Notes: generated by a model from the letters alone, not told the origin. Positions 36,870-47,946 are shown, counted from the whole stretch's first letter. The stretch is 47,946 nt of DNA, filler included, from Sphacelaria rigidula (GCA_964200075.2; 2 parts of 2 records of this genome joined end to end with filler, not necessarily neighbours in it), one strand, 5' to 3'. A program made the numbers and translations.

Positions 36870-37150
36870 ACCTTTTGTCGGTGGCCGCTAACCGCGGGGA
36901 CCTTGCGGTTTATCCGAGCTATCGTTTGTTGCCATCGATCCACGAACGCTCGAGTTACGTCCAGTTATGCATCCAATCGTACTAGCAATGTTCATCCGTA
37001 ACCATATTCTTCTCGGCTGACAATGTACATGTCCCTGACAACCGGACGAAAATTGATCCGTACAGGCTTCGCCGAAATATATCGCTCAACCAGTGCCGTT
37101 AGCTCCTAGCTCTGCCCTCATGTCCCATTTCGTGTTTATTCAATCCGTAG

Positions 37151-37278
37151 GGCTGACTGCTATGATCGGGGCGTCTGCGACTACTGCCATGAAGCGTGCA
37201 TGTGCCACGAGGCCCAGGGGAACAAGACCGCGGACATCGTGGAGAGCGGGGGATGGGTTCGGTTGGACTGTGCCGACT
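37151..37278 (+). CDS. EGF-repeat secreted protein, exon 6 (RADCYDRGVCDYCHEACMC...RLDCAD)
   Basis: TAG acceptor, T|GTGAG donor, phases 2/1. EGF-like C-x3-G-x-C-x6-C-x-C spacing. Confidence 0.9.
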
Positions 37279-37669
37279 GTGAGAAATCATGGACAGGGAG
37301 GGGGATATTCATCTGTTGGTTGCCGTAGTTGTTTGACCATTGACCCCGCATCGCTTTCGAGACGGAGCACCGTTCCTATTCCTACTCGAGATACCTCCAA
37401 CACTTAGGCGCTCATCATGAGTCACGCTACGGTAGGGCTTGCACATTTTGGCCCAAGTCTGTCTCATTCAGGGGCCCCTAAAGTAAGGAGTTACACAAGA
37501 ATATGGGTTAGGACATTCCCGTTTTCAAGGTAAATCGGAGTATCCCTAGCCCATTGGAATGCTAATCGTCGCGTGCTCTCACATATTTCATAACTGGTTA
37601 TTTGGATGAGAAGAGGGTCCCTAACACTTCGGAGTTAGGAAAATATTTGCGCACCCGTACCGCGGCACC

Positions 37670-38430
37670 ACCCTTACGTTCTCTCCACACATCACATACT
37701 GAGCTTCTGCTAATTTGATCCCCTTCCTGTCTGGCCGTCTGTGGGCACCGTCTATCTTCCAGTTTAACGATCGTTTTCGCTACTGTCTGAGGTACCGATG
37801 TTTCTTGTCACATTTATTTAGCTTCCCCATCTCTTCTAACACGTCCTGTTCCTCTTTGTACACTACATATTCTCCCACTACATGAGTTTTATTCGGTTAC
37901 TTTGCCACAAGACCACTTTTGTGCATCTGCTTTCTTCTAAACCCGACTGCTAGTATACCTCAGTCTTCTTTTTGATAGGTCAAGGTCCTCCACCCGAAAT
38001 TGCAGTTTCAGCGTTTTCGCGTCGTCCATTGGACCGTGCAAATATGTTTTCATCTCTATTTTTTTCTCAACACCCCCTATGTCTTAAAGCATTCTTCCTC
38101 GTCCATATTCTGTCTTAGCGCTCGTTTTCCCCCATAGGTCATTGATACCCTCTACTTTGGTATTGTGACCCCCACACTTACCTATTGAGGTCAATGTTCT
38201 TATGACTATGGCATGCATGCTCATGAGTACACACTTACCTATGGGCGTCTCGTCTTGGTTTCCTCGCATATCCTTCCATACTTACTCTACTGAGCTATCC
38301 CATCTTTTTCCAGCTTGCCTTTTCGTTACTTTCCTCCATACAGTCATATCAACTAAAGCGGGCAATCTATCTTTTTATATGTTCATCACATTACGTTACT
38401 ATTTCAAATTTCTCAAATATATCATTGTTT
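37670..38430 (-). mobile_element. Degenerate non-LTR retrotransposon (LINE) ORF2 C-terminal fragment, intronic and antisense
   Basis: Minus strand from 38053 reads MKTYLHGPMDDAKTLKLQFRVEDLDLSKRRLRYTSSRV*..., followed by a broken Cys/His knuckle. I recognise this from memory as a brown-algal LINE-like C-terminus. Stops and frameshifts present; needs BLAST confirmation. Confidence 0.6.
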
Positions 38431-39503
38431 AGGTGGGTACATCCCCACTTTTGCTCTTATTTTTGTATTACTCGTAAGTTTCGAGCATCCACGTACTTTC
38501 GTAGCGGATGCCATCTGTAGTGTTTCCAGCTGCTTCACGAACTTCGCGTTCCTTTGCTAAACCTCTACACATTCTAGATCCGATCCAATCACGTTTATCA
38601 GAATATATCTGAGCTGAGCCGGGGGGGGGGGAGGGGGGGGACTTCAGTGGTGACAAAAAACGCTTGATACCATGTATGTAGCTTCGAACGGTTGGCGCAA
38701 CAAGGCGACATCTCGTTCTGCGCATGTTGGTGATACTTTACATTTGTCCAACAAGCGGACATGTGACCTCTAAACTAGCAAGCGCTTTTCCGTTACAAGG
38801 TCAAGCAATATCTGCTTCAGGGAGGTCAGACGATCAGGAGTTTGAGTTCACCGATGGTTGATTGTTTTGTGGATTTGAAGTCCTGAGCAATCACGTTTTC
38901 AACGGCTACGGCCCCGGAGGTCTCTGGTGTGACCATGCCTGGATCGGTCCCACGTCGTATCTTTTTTTGTTCAAGACAGCATTTAATTCTCTGAACCAGT
39001 GAGCGATTTTTGGCGGTTCACGGGTCGAGATGTACGCTCGTGTAATACATTTCGGCGGCGAAGCACGTGTAGCGGAGAATTCTGCGGGTTGCACGTCAGA
39101 CATGCGCGGACGGGGCAAATATGAAGCTGGGGCGTTGTTGTGGTTGGTTGCGTTGTGATGCGGCCAGCTGTGCAACTTTATCGAAGTTATCGAAGGAGCT
39201 GTGGGGTGCACCAAAAAACCACCAATACAGCTGTAATGGAATGGTGCAATCCTGGTGTTCAGTGTTTCGCACACATAGTAACGAGCCGCAAAAATCCATC
39301 TTGTGCCTGTATATAACACATGGTGAAGGGATGCATGCACGAGCAGCACCGGCAAAATGCACAGCAGCAGCAACTCACACGATAAGTCGAACCTTACTCA
39401 TCATTGTTTCGGCCAACCATAGGATGTGTGCATATCCTGATGCCATTTTCTTACCCACGGTTCCGCCTTTGTTGCCCGCTCTTGCAATATGCCGGCAAAC
39501 CAG

Positions 39504-39612
39504 ACGTGTGTCCTCCGGGGAAGTCGTGGGCAAGTCGACAGCAGAACTTGGATTGGGGCGGTTGGGGTCCGCTGGAGAACCACGCGATCGAAGAGTGTTC
39601 CGGGAACGGCAG
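39504..39612 (+). CDS. EGF-repeat secreted protein, exon 7 (YVCPPGKSWASR...NHAIEECSGNG)
   Basis: CAG acceptor, CAG|GTGAC donor, phases 1/2. CPxGx(A/S)W...H-x3-ECSxxG motif of stramenopile EGF-repeat (SIG1/mastigoneme-like) proteins. Confidence 0.9.
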
Positions 39613-41268
39613 GTGACACGATTTGTTTTCGAACTGTCAGCCGGTAACACTTTCTTTCGGGTCGGCAGCTCGGTGCGGTATGGACACTTCAACTTCGAGG
39701 AATATCTCTGTCGACCCGTACGGGACTCTACTGTCGTATATTCTAGTTTCTATGTTTTTGATGGTGGTATACCTTGATCAATGTCGCACATATAATATTA
39801 TTTCAAGAGTAGTACGTATTTCATACGCTGGTGGGAAATACCAAAATCGTTTGATTTCTCTCCTCTGGAACAAAATGAACACCACTGGAATGATGGGAAA
39901 GTAGTGGATGTTTAATATAGCTCATCTACGAACATGAGCCAGCATGCATGAGCGGGGAAATTGCGGGACGTCCAATTATTCTAGGAACATTATTCAGAAG
40001 GTTCATTGTGGGTGAAGAACGGCAAGTTGTCCCGAGTCCCTATACTTGGGAACTTCTTCTTTGTTTGCGGCTCATTCGCCAACTGAAGATTATGGTTCTG
40101 GGGCAGTCGTGGCAGGGCGGTGCTCACGCCGCCCCCCTTCATTTGTTTATCTCACCTCTCTTCATACAATTTCCTCCGTGTGGATAGTAGTAACAATAAA
40201 GACTTCAAACACATATTCTCTATCGTCTTCTGGCTTACTGCGATAGGGCGGTAAGCTGTTTGGGCACACAGTACGGGGCTGCTATTGCTACACCGTCATC
40301 TGATCAACAAGATCATTTGATCATTTTAATTATGGAGAAATTGAAGGGCATGGGACAACAAATAATGATTTTTCATCCATTATTTCAGCATGCTTAGAAA
40401 TGGAAGTGGTTCTAGGGAAATACAGTTATCCTAATAGATCATGTACTCTCACCATGTCAGCCATTGCAGCAATAAAATGCCGCGCGAACCTTGTTTCAAA
40501 TTTAACGGATCGCTCATATGTTTCTCCCAACGGAGAACAGTAATGCAGAGTTAAAAAGTAAGGACACTGCAGTGATGATGTACCGATATGACATGCAACC
40601 GATATGGCTATCGCCATTCTGTCACTTTTAGCGTGAGATTGATGCCGTGATAACCCCTCCCCCCCAAACCAGCCCCCAAAACTGCCAAGAAACAAATGGC
40701 CATATAGCGCATGATACTCTAGCTGGTTTCAGACTGCTCGAAGCGCCCCACATAGACGACTTTGGCGAAGGCGATCCCAGGCGTGGGAGCTCTCAGCTGC
40801 TCGGTGTGTTCGACTTTCATCACTTTCAACAAGTGTAGATTTGGCTTCCTCGAAGAAGTCACGCTTTTTTGTTCGGGGGCTATCGCCGCATCACCCGAGG
40901 TCGAACTTTACGAGATTGATTATTTGTCCTCGTCTCTGTACAGAAACCAAAGTCATAGCGCACCGGAACCACGTCGAGGCTAGCTTTTTCCCCGAGCACG
41001 CGGCTCCGCATTGTTGACTATGTCCACTCAGAGGCCTTCCATTCGCACAACAATTGATGAGTCGTAGCACGGTGATGTCAAAACGCGCAGGTTCGCTTGG
41101 GGTCTTTTTCTCTAAGTGCATAGGGTGATTGTACGTGGCTTTCGGGGTTGAAACAGCACGGACTTCGTTGCTCTCTACTGTCGAACACTTCGGAGCTAGA
41201 AAGTGAAGAACGAAAAATCACAGTTCGATATCGAGTCTGAGTACCCTCTTGTACAACGATGCTCGAGA

Positions 41269-41554
41269 GAGTGTGTGTCTTCTTCTCATCCCATCTATTT
41301 TGGATGCCAGTCTACACGTTACGGTATATACGGGCGCATCAGCCGGCGTCACACAAGAGGATGGTTTTCAGCATGAGATCTTCTATCCAGTTTTGTTATT
41401 TTAGAGTTCCACCTTCCTTCTGGGGTGCTTGCCTTACTTTTCATCGCGAGAAGGGTTCAGCAGTGCCTTTCCCTCGTCAACCGTGTAGTCGAGCTTTGCG
41501 TGCCCACCACTTAGTCGCCCTCCACTATTGGATATGATGCGAGAAAAAATCCCA
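41269..41554 (-). mobile_element. Second, 5'-truncated copy of the SINE (no tRNA head)
   Basis: Colinear with 32751-33021 (CAGCCGGSGTCACACA, CCTTCCTTC, ATCGCGAGARGGGTTCAGCA, CTCCACTATTG, GAGAAAAAATCCCA). Confidence 0.85.
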
Positions 41555-41801
41555 TACCGCGTGCGACGAGAAAGTGGACGTTATCCTTTGGGAATAAAAT
41601 CATCGAGTCAAGGCCACACTATATCCAACCAGTAGATACTGAGTACAGGGCTGTATTACGACCACGTAGCATAGCAAAAGCGACACCACCAGATTCATAC
41701 ATCCTTGCCACCAGCATGTTCACTCCGGGTTCACGATGAATCCTCTCAATTCCCTTTCTTCCCTGCGTGTGTATATCTGCCTATTTATTCACCTATCCCT
41801 A

Positions 41802-41804
<3 letters not shown>

Positions 41805-41840
<36 letters not shown>
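41805..41840. repeat. (CT)18 microsatellite forming the polypyrimidine tract of exon 8
   Basis: Perfect run ending 16 bp upstream of the exon start at 41857. Confidence 0.95.
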
Positions 41841-41842
<2 letters not shown>

Positions 41843-41856
41843 CCTACGTCGTGCAG

Positions 41857-41921
41857 CTGCGACAGAGACAGTGGCAAGTGCAAATGCGACCCGGGGTACG
41901 AGGGCGATGCTTGCCAACGAA
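41857..41921 (+). CDS. EGF-repeat secreted protein, exon 8 (SCDRDSGKCKCDPGYEGDACQR)
   Basis: TGCAG acceptor, A|GTGAGT donor, phases 2/1. Canonical EGF CxC-x2-GY-x-G-x2-C. Confidence 0.93.
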
Positions 41922-42155
41922 GTGAGTTCCTTGTGCGCAAAGATCCGCTTCGAATATCTTATTAGCAACGCTGCGGTAGAGCTCAAGATGAGGCACACTG
42001 TTGCTCGACTTCGTGATGATGGCGACGTCACCTCATCACAAACAGCAATGCAGCACTTTACCTTAGTAATTCATGTCGCACAACTCTTGTTTACCCACTG
42101 GTGCAACACAATGATTCCTCTCATATTGTCATTCCCCACGAGCAACGTCGCGCAG

Positions 42156-42385
42156 AACCCTGCCATGTCCATTGCATTCGTCGCGGCATATCACAGTACC
42201 AGCACAAAGCATCAATCATACTGACACGGCACGAGCCTCCGCCGGAACTGACTCCTTTCCCACCCCCCCCTACAGATCACCTCCGCTATCCATCATCCAA
42301 CTATATCGCCCCTTTGACCAAATCCAACGCTTCAAGCCACCTCCCATGTAGTGCAAGCACTTCTACCCGGCCAGCCAAACTATGA
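42156..42385 (+). CDS. EGF-repeat secreted protein, probable terminal exon 9 (KPCHVHCIRRGIS...RPAKL*)
   Basis: GCAG acceptor in phase 1 continues ACQR-KPCHVHC as expected for the repeat. Total CDS 1143 bp (380 aa). An alternative same-frame acceptor lies at 42276. The 3' end is uncertain. Confidence 0.55.
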
Positions 42386-42713
42386 TCATCAGCATCTCCT
42401 TCGTCAGCATCAAGCGCCGAATCTCGCACAAGAGAAAGTGCTCTTTCCCATTGCCCCCCCGCTGCACAAGCATCAAGCGCCGCTCGACTCGTCGCCGGGG
42501 TGGGTTCTACTGCACCCCCCCCTCCCTTCCCCGCAGCCGCAGCGGCCCACATGCCTTCTACTGTAGCCAGTGCCGCTTCGGCTATGCGGCCGGCTGTAGT
42601 GGCCGCGGTTGGAGGTGACGTCGATGAAGCCCCCGGATCCGCAGACGAAGTACTCTTGTAGATCGCCGGTATTTGAGAAGGTGGCGGCTCATCATTCGTC
42701 GCTCCAGGAATGC
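42301..42713 (-). CDS. Pentatricopeptide-repeat (PPR) protein, probable last exon
   Basis: C-rich tract + AAG acceptor, phase 1 matching the 43517-43652 exon. PPR-like helices PTPATSRAALDACAAGGQWERALSLVR and LALHGRWLEALDLV. TAG at 42301-42303. Confidence 0.75.
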
Positions 42714-43516
42714 CTTGAATCGGGCGGTGGGGTAGGGCAACGGGGAGGTGAGGAGGTGGGCGGTGTTGAGTACACAACGAAATTTCGACTCTTCTCGAGC
42801 GGAAGCATGGAGGAGGAAGCTAGAGTTCGGCGATGCCGGCGTATACGCCATGTGCGCGATTCAATTAGCAGAATGCACAGTATCCGTTGCTAGCGGATAC
42901 TCCGTTATCTGGTCCGACTGGCTAGCTGGTTGACAAGAGTTGCATTCGTTGCCGGAAGACGTGCACGCGTGAGTGTGTGTGTTCGTGTGTGCACGCCTTC
43001 AACTTGCCGTGGAGGTACGGGCGAACTTGATTCGATTTGATTGATGGATTAATTGCCGCACATTAACTGGTCCCCGAGATGTCAAGCCGTGATCATTATC
43101 CACAAGATCGACGTACCCATGGTAAGCAAGACGGGAACACTCGCCAAGGAAAGAGCAAATTGAGACATAAAGGAGTAAGACTGGACCGGCAACACAAAGG
43201 GAGCAATTGAACAGAAATTGCCGTACCAAGTGCGCGTCGGGGGTAGTGTCAACGAGCAGCGGCAAGCACCGCAAGCAACACAGTTTGCCTCGCGCCACCA
43301 GCGGCGCATAATTTGAGCGCCATTCTTGACAAAACCAGGCGTCTACTGCAGGGCACAGAGACACGATTTTGAAGAACAGTTCACTTTCCCGAAGGTACTG
43401 CGAAGATCTCGCCGATAAATCCAACACAAGAATGTTTACATACAAATACATACATATCTAAACATATATTCAGGGAGGGAAACAAAAGAAGTAAATAGCT
43501 TCCTCAGCTCAAGCAC

Positions 43517-43652
43517 CTGGCGCAAAGTCCAGTTCCTCGGCTCGCAGCTGTGATAAGATATACTCCACGTGTCGCATTTCTCCAGCCCACCTGCACTCTG
43601 CTAATGCCGCCGTGTAAACGACCGCTCCAGGTGGCACGCCCTCCCCTTTCAT
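43517..43652 (-). CDS. PPR protein, internal exon (MKGEGVPPGAVVYTAALAECRWAGEMRHVEYILSQLRAEELDFAP)
   Basis: TTCAG acceptor, CAG|GTGC donor. Canonical PPR M-x3-G-x-x-P-x-x-V-x-Y-T-A-A. Confidence 0.85.
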
Positions 43653-43999
43653 CTGAACGTTGCATGCGACAGGGGGAAACCGTCGAGCCACGGTGGAAAG
43701 GGAAGAGTAAATTCCGTTTAGGGTCAGTCGGTTCGGGTCAGTTCTCCCCCGACACACAGCACAGTGTAGCACAAAAGCGTTTGTCCAGGTGGCACGTCTA
43801 CCTATGCCTTGTGCAATTTCAGAAGGTTGTGTTTGAACCATGCTGACTTGGATGGTACCTTTGCTGGGTGGAAGACTGCACTTGATTTCTACTTGCAATC
43901 GTGATGGCACTGCAACCTTTGACTCAAGCAAGCCCGCCAGCCTTGGCACCGACACTCATGGAAACTCCTATATTACAGCTGTATGTGGGAAGAGTATGA

Positions 44000-44105
44000 C
44001 ATCCCAGAAAAATACGACACTCTTCCGTCCATCCGGACGTCCATTCTGGAAATCCATCTGGGATATAGATATCTCAGATGGATTTTCACATCCCAGACGG
44101 AGGTC
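44000..44105. repeat. Fragment of the CCATCTGGGAT/CCCAGATGG motif family seen at 33377-34376
   Basis: ATCCATCTGGGATATAGATATCTCAGATGGAT and flanking CATCCCAGA motifs. Confidence 0.55.
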
Positions 44106-44409
44106 GCACGGTAGTGCAAGACCGCGCTCCAACCGCAGGACCCATCTTTCAACACCTCGACGAGATTGTTCCGAATGCAGCGCGATGGGCTTATTCAAGC
44201 AACCACGTGCTAGATTTTCGCTGCATATAACTGTTCCACGGTTCGTTCGAATAAAATATTGATTCGACTCATAATCAACATTTGGACGAATCAATCATAC
44301 GATTGATACACAAGTTGTGATTTGTACATGTTTTGGGTTCGTGATTCGTACGACACCACTTTGAGTGTACACATTTCTAGTTCGTGATTCGCGCGCTACA
44401 CCGTCAAAG

Positions 44410-44775
44410 GTACACGCTTCCTACCTTCCATTCGTATGGCGTGAATCATAGGTACATGTTTCCCAATTTCCATTCATTCAGCATGAATCATAGGCACATG
44501 TTCCCCACCTTCCATTCATACGAGGTGAATCAAGCGTACATGATTCCCAATTTTCGTTCATACAGCATGAATCATACGTACATGTTCTCCACCTTCCATC
44601 CATACGAGGTGAATCAAGCGTACATGTTTCTCAATTCCCATTAATGCGGCATGAATCATACATATATGTTTCGTACCTTCCATTCATACGACATGTATCA
44701 AGTATACTAGTTTCGCACTTCTTATTTATGCAGCGCAAATCATGCGTACATGTTTTTCACCTTCTATTCTATAAA
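44410..44775. repeat. 42-bp minisatellite, left block (~9 units)
   Basis: Unit TACATGTTYCCCAMYTTCCATTCATRCR.SRTGAATCAWRCG; two variants alternate (84-bp dimer). Confidence 0.9.
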
Positions 44776-45261
44776 TAATGTGAACATGTAGTTTCTCACC
44801 TGTCATTTTATGGGGCGCGACTCTCCGGTGGCGCGGCCTTTTTGCAGGTGGGGTAGGCAAACAAAGGCGTACAGGTCGCGAACCCCTCTAGAGCCAAATC
44901 CGCAATGAACCCAATTTCAAGTTTTGTACCCACACGTAACACATCAACTATAGTACGGCATGCGTGTCTACGTGCCCAGAGCAGGTTTTCGAGCATTTCC
45001 CCCCCCGAGGTATGCTGTTGATAACCTTTGTGGTTTCACGTCGTTTTCTGGGATACAGTTGACCTGAACATACTGTATACAATACCACAAAGACTGGCGA
45101 AGGATACAGCACCAGCACGAGTCGTCCTCGCATGCTCGCGGAAGTTTTCGGGAAAACTCCGGCAGCATACTCTGCAGTGTGCGGACAGTACGGTACAGCA
45201 CGGCATAGCACGCATCTGCGCGCCTAGAGTGATTCTAGCTGAATATTTTCCTATGATCATG

Positions 45262-45620
45262 TACATGTTTTCCACCTCGTGTTCGTGAGCGTGGGTCATG
45301 GATACATGTTTCCCACTTTCCAATCATACGAGGTTAATCAAGCGTACATGTATCTCCCCATTCATCCATGCAGCATGAATCAAACGCACGCGTTCTGCAC
45401 GTTCCATTTATACGAAGTGAATCACAGGTACACGTTTCCCCAATTGCGTTCATGCGGCAGGAACCACACGTACATGTTCTCCGTCTTCCATCCATACGAG
45501 GTGAATCAAGCGTACATGTTTCCCAATCTCCGTTCATGCAACATGAACCATACGCTCATGTTCCCCACCTTCCATTCATACGGGATGAATCATGCGTACA
45601 TGTTTCCCACCCATGACTCA
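45262..45620. repeat. 42-bp minisatellite, right block (~8-9 units)
   Basis: Same unit and orientation as 44410-44775, separated from it by ~450 bp of unrelated sequence. Confidence 0.9.
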
Positions 45621-46092
45621 TACAGGAATTGTGATTCATACGAGTACATACGTCGCACTCTTGATTCGTCTGATACCACTTGGAGTGCAGACATTTCCAG
45701 TTCGTGATTCGTGCGGTATGACCTTGAACATACAACTTCACCACCCGCGATTCATACGGGATGACTCTTTGGTACATTCTTCGCATCCAACATTCATGGG
45801 GACTCAATCCGTATGAACTCTGATTCGTCCGAACCGTGGACTGTTCCCACGATCATGCACTTTTGTGCCTGATGGCAGTGTAGTAGAATCATGTCATGAG
45901 ATAAGTTACGGCAGTAATACGCCTTGTATCAAGAAACCAAAAACTGTTCCAAGTTTATCTTGTATAATGAACATGCCGCGACAGGATCCATCCGCTGAAC
46001 GTGTATCACCCTGCGAGCATCTTGATAGAGAAGAGAATGAGAGCACACGGAACGCTTCTCAACTCTCAGCAAGTAGCTCAAACGAACCATAC

Positions 46093-46219
46093 CTCCTCCA
46101 CAAGAAATAGCGCCAGCTCCCATGGCACAACACTTTGTCCACCAAACGACCTGCACGTAGTACCGCTGCCATAGATCGCGCCGACATATCTACTGCAGAC
46201 TTTTGTCTTCTGTAACCTC
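46093..46219 (-). CDS. PPR protein, upstream exon (...VVPWELALFLVEE)
   Basis: GAG|GTATGG donor in phase 0 joins WELALFLVEE to MKGEGVPP, completing a PPR motif. Acceptor TTTTTGCAG; a nearer same-phase acceptor also exists. Confidence 0.7.
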
Positions 46220-47264
46220 CTGCAAAAAGAAGTGCAGAACAGTCCGTGAGATAGTGAACATACATCCACAGGCAAGCTGGCGAATGGCCCCGGCCGTTTG
46301 TGGGGTGTACAAGGTGACAGCCCCGACGAAAATACTGCGGCTGGTGTAATGTTGATGTTGCACTTGCGCGGTACGCACGCGGTTGTTTTCGATCGTGATC
46401 GCGAGCTGTTGATACCACTGCTGTTGCTGCTTCTGCGCACGTGTTGTGATGAACGAGTGTTTCTCGAGAGTGCGCGAGGGATGCTAATTGCGACAAACAT
46501 GATGAAGCCGGTCGTGCCTCAGCAACAACGACAGCAGTCTGAAACATCCCGTGCGGTTGGGCGAAATGTCTATGAGCTACATTTGTCATGTACCACTGGC
46601 CGCATGGTTCAAGGTCACGTTTTTCACCACCCCCCAAAAGCAAGACCTCGTGGAGCAATCAGAGTTGATAACCGATTTAGTCATAAACATGGCGGCAGAA
46701 AATCCAACGCCTTCGAAGCTACCTCCTCCAAGAACTCCGGCTCAGTTCTACGGAACCCAGCGTACAAAGTGGCGATGAGCATTCGCAAAATTTGGACAGA
46801 GAATTCACCCTCGCCCTGTTCGAAAACAACAGTCAATTTCCTTTTACAGCTTCTGATTCGCGACCGCGCCTGTCGCGCAGAGAGCTTACGCTGTACTGTA
46901 CAATAGTAGGGCTTGCTGGCAGCTATTGTTTAGGGGCAAAGTTGCGTTTATAGTCGCACGCACAAGTGCGATTTTTTCTGCTCGTGCGAGGCTTCATCTT
47001 CACCTTTTTTGCTCCAAATGGATATGATGGTGAATCGCGTTGGGACTTGTTCCATCCAGTGGTGTGGCTGTCTCACGTTTTCAGGAAAGTAGCTTCGACT
47101 TAGTATGTCGTGTGGATACATATATCAACTCCTCTGTGTGCCGACATCGAAGACGTGGTTGAGGCTCTCGCCAAGAGTAAGATAGTAAGCGCGACGGTTT
47201 CGCAGACAACTGTTCTTCATGCTGCCGAATCCAGTAATATGGGGTATTATCAACCGGTCTATTT

Positions 47265-47734
47265 AGACCCACTTTTATGGCAACGAATCCCGATTTTTAC
47301 AAATATGAGGATTTCAGCCCGTATCCAGGTGATTTTCTCCCGTGGATTGATTTTTCGGACCCCAGTCCGTTAGACAATGTTTTTCGGCTAGCTATGAGCA
47401 AACCAGATCAATCCTCGGATTCTTGGACGTTGACTTTTGGTTCATCACATTTTTGCCCTAATCGGGACACTCCCGCATTTCCCCCGATTTTTTCTTTAAC
47501 CGGGGGAGATGCGAGGGAGATGCGAGAGCGTCCCGATCTCAGCAGAACGGTGATGTATCAAAAGTCAACGCCCAGAAAATCGGAGAATTGATCTGGTTTG
47601 CTCACAGCTAGCCGAAAAACATTGCCAAACGGATTGGGGTCCGAAAAATCAATCCATGGGAGAAAATCGCCTGTAGACGGGCTGAGATCCTCCTAGTTGT
47701 AAAAATCGGGATTCGTTGCCATAAAAGTGGGTCT
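47265..47734. mobile_element. Foldback/hairpin MITE (470 bp, almost entirely inverted repeat)
   Basis: AGACCCACTTTTATGGCAACGAATCCCGATTTTTACAA is perfectly inverted at the right end (38 bp). Imperfect arms of ~220 bp pair inward to CCCCCG...CGGGGG around 47481-47506. Flanks TTA/TTG hint at a Harbinger/Tourist-type target site. Confidence 0.88.
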
Positions 47735-47946
47735 TGTTTACACCCCGAAAACTACGAAATGTTAATTTTTCATATTTCGGAGGAGGTTTTTGGTCAAAAG
47801 GCAAGAAATGATTACGTCACCAGGAGTGCCGCAGAAAAAAATGCGAGGCCCTATGCCGATTTTTTTTTAATTCTAGGTGTTTTCGGGGGGGGGGGGGGGG
47901 TATTACTAAATCCCACACATGAATAAAATAAAATAAAGTATATAAA

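Larger units (their letters stand above)
44235..45840. mobile_element. Non-autonomous TIR element with an internal 42-bp tandem array (in a PPR gene intron)
   Basis: TIR TCCACGGTTCG (44235-44245) and CGAACCGTGGA (45830-45840), extending imperfectly (..CGAAT). CTGT directly flanks both ends (44231-44234 and 45841-45844). A ~49-bp direct repeat at 44343 and 45663 brackets the array. Confidence 0.75.

Noticed and set aside
42999..43451. 150-aa minus-strand ORF
   Set aside because: Lies inside the predicted PPR intron, has no motifs, and the flanking exons join in phase without it.
44410..45620. Common origin of the 42-bp minisatellite and the 62-bp satellite
   Set aside because: They share only a short CCATT(T)CAT word; not significant.
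44384..45707. Repeat-protein ORFs (YEVNQAYMFP...) or a CRISPR array
   Set aside because: Open frames follow from the 42-bp period. Units are homologous with no unique spacers, and the array sits inside a TIR element in an intron.

Overview
Eukaryotic, intron-rich, repeat-rich DNA. It is most likely a brown alga of the Ectocarpus type (inference from gene structure, a stramenopile-type EGF-repeat protein and repeat families I recognise from memory). An artificial 100-bp scaffold linker (23928-24027) splits the window into two pieces whose adjacency is not proven. Left piece: a >15.3-kb G/T-skewed satellite of ~62-bp monomers (~245 copies, running off the window start) with a mosaic higher-order organisation. 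It is directly followed by a decayed Ty3/gypsy LTR retrotransposon (gag-like region, PR-RT-RNase H-IN, a chromodomain-like tail, probable 3' LTR). The gag and pol frames are separated by one in-frame UAG followed by two hairpins, which suggests stop-codon readthrough. The gag region also carries a Tudor/PWWP-like segment. Right piece: I reconstructed a phase-consistent 9-exon + strand gene (31452-42385) for a secreted EGF-repeat protein. It lies head-to-head with a probable - strand gene (ATG 31245) and tail-to-tail, apparently overlapping, with a - strand PPR gene. Introns and intergenic DNA contain tRNA-derived SINEs, a LINE remnant, a TA-flanked MITE, a TIR element carrying an internal 42-bp tandem array, an element with inverted motif arrays, and a 470-bp foldback palindrome. 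Most ORFs in the supplied track are spurious. No database searches were possible, so all family calls rest on motif reading.
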